A stretch of DNA of 52,572 nt from assembly GCA_964488535.1 (NCBI GenBank), contig CAZAUT010000006.1, forward strand, positions 1 to 52,572, in the 5' to 3' direction. This document shows, piece by piece, positions 51,051 to 52,572 of the stretch. Source of the stretch: an uncultured Gammaproteobacteria bacterium. Lineage in GTDB: Bacteria; Patescibacteriota; Microgenomatia; UBA8517. The notes below the pieces were generated by a model. The model had not been told where the DNA came from, did no database searches, and saw nothing but the letters and a program-made list of their open reading frames with translations. Position 1 is the stretch's first letter. Every line of letters starts with the position of its first letter. A program made the position numbers and the translations under genes.

Positions 51051-51129
51051 TCCAACACAATTTTCGCATTCGGCTTCTTGGAACTATTCGTTGTCGCCTC
51101 GTGCCAAAATTAGGATGGACTGCGCGCCT

Positions 51130-52572
51130 TTACATTCGTTCCGGCGCTTGAATTCCCAATAGCGAAAGCCCCGTATGAAGGACGGTACCGACGGAGGAGG
51201 TCAATGCAAGACGAAAGTCTTGCTGAGTTAAATTGTTAACAAAGTTAATTGAATTAACTGAGTTCTTTTCTTTCCTTCCTCGATTTTCCTGTTTAACCTG
51301 ATCAATTGCTTCGATAATTCGATGTTTGTTATAGAATGTATTGAATTTTTGGGCGAGTTCGTACAAATAATTGCAGATGAGATTTGGGGCGTAATTAACT
51401 GCTGCCGACTCAACGATTTCGGGGAAGTGGAAAAGGTGGCGGAGGATTGCATGCTCTTCAGGCACTAGGCATTGGGCACTAGGCACTAGAGAGGGAGATT
51501 CTTCCCCTTCGACCGGCTCAGGGTTAGAATGACAAAGTGCTTCGCTTTTACTCTCTTGCTCTTTTACTCTTTCACTCTTTGCAAGGACACTCTGTGTTCT
51601 TGCAAACGTATACTGCAGATACGGCCCTGAATTGCCGTCCAAAGAAACAGAAGAGTTAATGTCAAAAACAAAGTCAGATCCGATTGAATTTTTCAAAAAA
51701 GCGTATTTCAAGGCTCCTTGTGCTACAACTTCGGCAATTTCTTCCTTTTCGTTTTTTTCATACTCCCCTTCCATTCTTTCTTTCACTAAATCTTTCAAAT
51801 GATCCAAAAGCCAATTGACAGTAACTACATTTCCAAACCTGCTTCCCATTTTTCCTGACGGCACAGTTACCATTCCCGTACAGATTGGTGTTGTCACATT
51901 ACCAAGTTCCGGTTCTACTTGTTTTAGCGCTTCCACAAGTACGGCAAAATATTCCTTGATTTCCTTTCCGACAACCATTATTGATTTGTCGTACTTGAAA
52001 TCCTTATATTTCGCAGGTGCAAGTCCCAATTCTTTTGCCTCGTATGTGGGAAGATTGGTTTTGTTTATGAAAACCCTTGTATGAAGACCGAATTTTTCTC
52101 CCTCAAAAATTACCGCACCTTCGCTTTCTTTGAAAACCTTTCCGATGTTGTCTTTAACCAATTTGTATCCTACTTCTCCAACCACACTTTCGGGATAGTA
52201 TCCGTCAAATTTGGTGCCCAACCGAGCATAGATCGTCTCAAAATACTCCATACTCCAATCAAGTCCTGCTTTATAGACCTTCTTTATTTCCCCATATTTC
52301 TCCATACTGCCAAATATGTGTTTTTTATAATCAACTATCGGTTGCCAACCTTTTTCTTCTTGGTATATCTCTTGGGCTACAATATAAACCATGTAGTTTA
52401 TGTCTTTTATCTCTTCGGTAATATTTTCGTCCTCGTCGTATTTGAGGGTTCCAAAAGTGTAGCCCCTACCCATAAACTCCTGTCTTTCTTTTATACTTTT
52501 CTTTCCCAACTCTTCAAGTGACAAATTTTCTTCCTCCATCCCAATGTACTGAAGAAACATACTCTTTGCTTG
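51130..52572 (-). CDS. argS: Arginine--tRNA ligase, C-terminal about 480 aa; 5' end lies outside the window
   Basis: Motifs are GKMGSRFGNVV (MSTR-type motif) and the DALR anticodon-binding domain (ALKYAFLKN...GPYLQYTFAR...YLYELAQKFNTFYN...LLGIQAPERM). The frame stays open to 52572 and the HIGH region is missing, so the tracked Met is internal. Confidence 0.9.
   Translation of the reverse strand, partial: QAKSMFLQYIGMEEENLSLEELGKKSIKERQEFMGRGYTFGTLKYDEDENITEEIKDINYMVYIVAQEIYQEEKGWQPIVDYKKHIFGSMEKYGEIKKVYKAGLDWSMEYFETIYARLGTKFDGYYPESVVGEVGYKLVKDNIGKVFKESEGAVIFEGEKFGLHTRVFINKTNLPTYEAKELGLAPAKYKDFKYDKSIMVVGKEIKEYFAVLVEALKQVEPELGNVTTPICTGMVTVPSGKMGSRFGNVVTVNWLLDHLKDLVKERMEGEYEKNEKEEIAEVVAQGALKYAFLKNSIGSDFVFDINSSVSLDGNSGPYLQYTFARTQSVLAKSERVKEQESKSEALCHSNPEPVEGEESPSLVPSAQCLVPEEHAILRHLFHFPEIVESAAVNYAPNLICNYLYELAQKFNTFYNKHRIIEAIDQVKQENRGRKEKNSVNSINFVNNLTQQDFRLALTSSVGTVLHTGLSLLGIQAPERM

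Noticed and set aside
37443-51129. Calling the island a prophage or integrative conjugative element
   Set aside because: No integrase, recombinase, terminase, capsid, portal, relaxase or T4SS signatures are recognisable. Only a possible degenerate FtsK-like fold and a TA module are present. It is reported as an island of unknown origin instead.

Overview
This 52.6-kb window looks like a Candidate Phyla Radiation (Patescibacteria, Microgenomates-like) chromosome segment. That placement is inference from gene content and style. The code is standard, with TGA used as a stop. All calls come from reading motifs in the supplied translations and the DNA; no searches were run.

(1) 1-15 kb is mostly core and envelope genes. 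It holds an ATP-grasp + 7TM pair, mreB, a PEGA-domain protein, a WecG/TagA-type glycosyltransferase, rsmI, a sugar-phosphate nucleotidyltransferase, tRNA-Arg(CCT) and tRNA-Pro(CGG). It also holds large secreted Cys-rich/PT-linker proteins and a small excisionase-type HTH gene.

(2) 15.1-34.4 kb is a duplicated Tc-toxin-like polymorphic toxin locus. It contains two SpvB-like proteins, two giant RHS/YD-repeat proteins and one candidate immunity gene. It also contains two paralogous small secreted proteins, an RDD-membrane-RDD trio, and a detached lipoprotein carrying an RHS core plus a toxin domain. No TcA-like gene is present.

(3) 34.5-37.1 kb carries an adenylate-kinase-like gene and an M16 peptidase.

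(4) 37.4-51.1 kb is an island of ORFans in front of argS. Nearly every transcription unit has a near-consensus sigma70 promoter placed 8-15 nt from the ATG. The island includes an operon of a C-terminal J-domain protein plus two tandem anSME-like radical SAM/SPASM enzymes. It also includes a family of small proteins sharing a C-x5-CP-[YHL]-[FY] motif, a degenerate FtsK-like protein and an AbiEi/AbiEii toxin-antitoxin pair. Several gene 3' ends are duplicated a short distance downstream.

Throughout the window, 5' intergenic regions are filled with mosaic short-word stutter repeats. The same words appear in-frame inside argS, and a similar stutter appears in the WecG-like gene. No integrase, transposase, CRISPR array or rRNA was seen.
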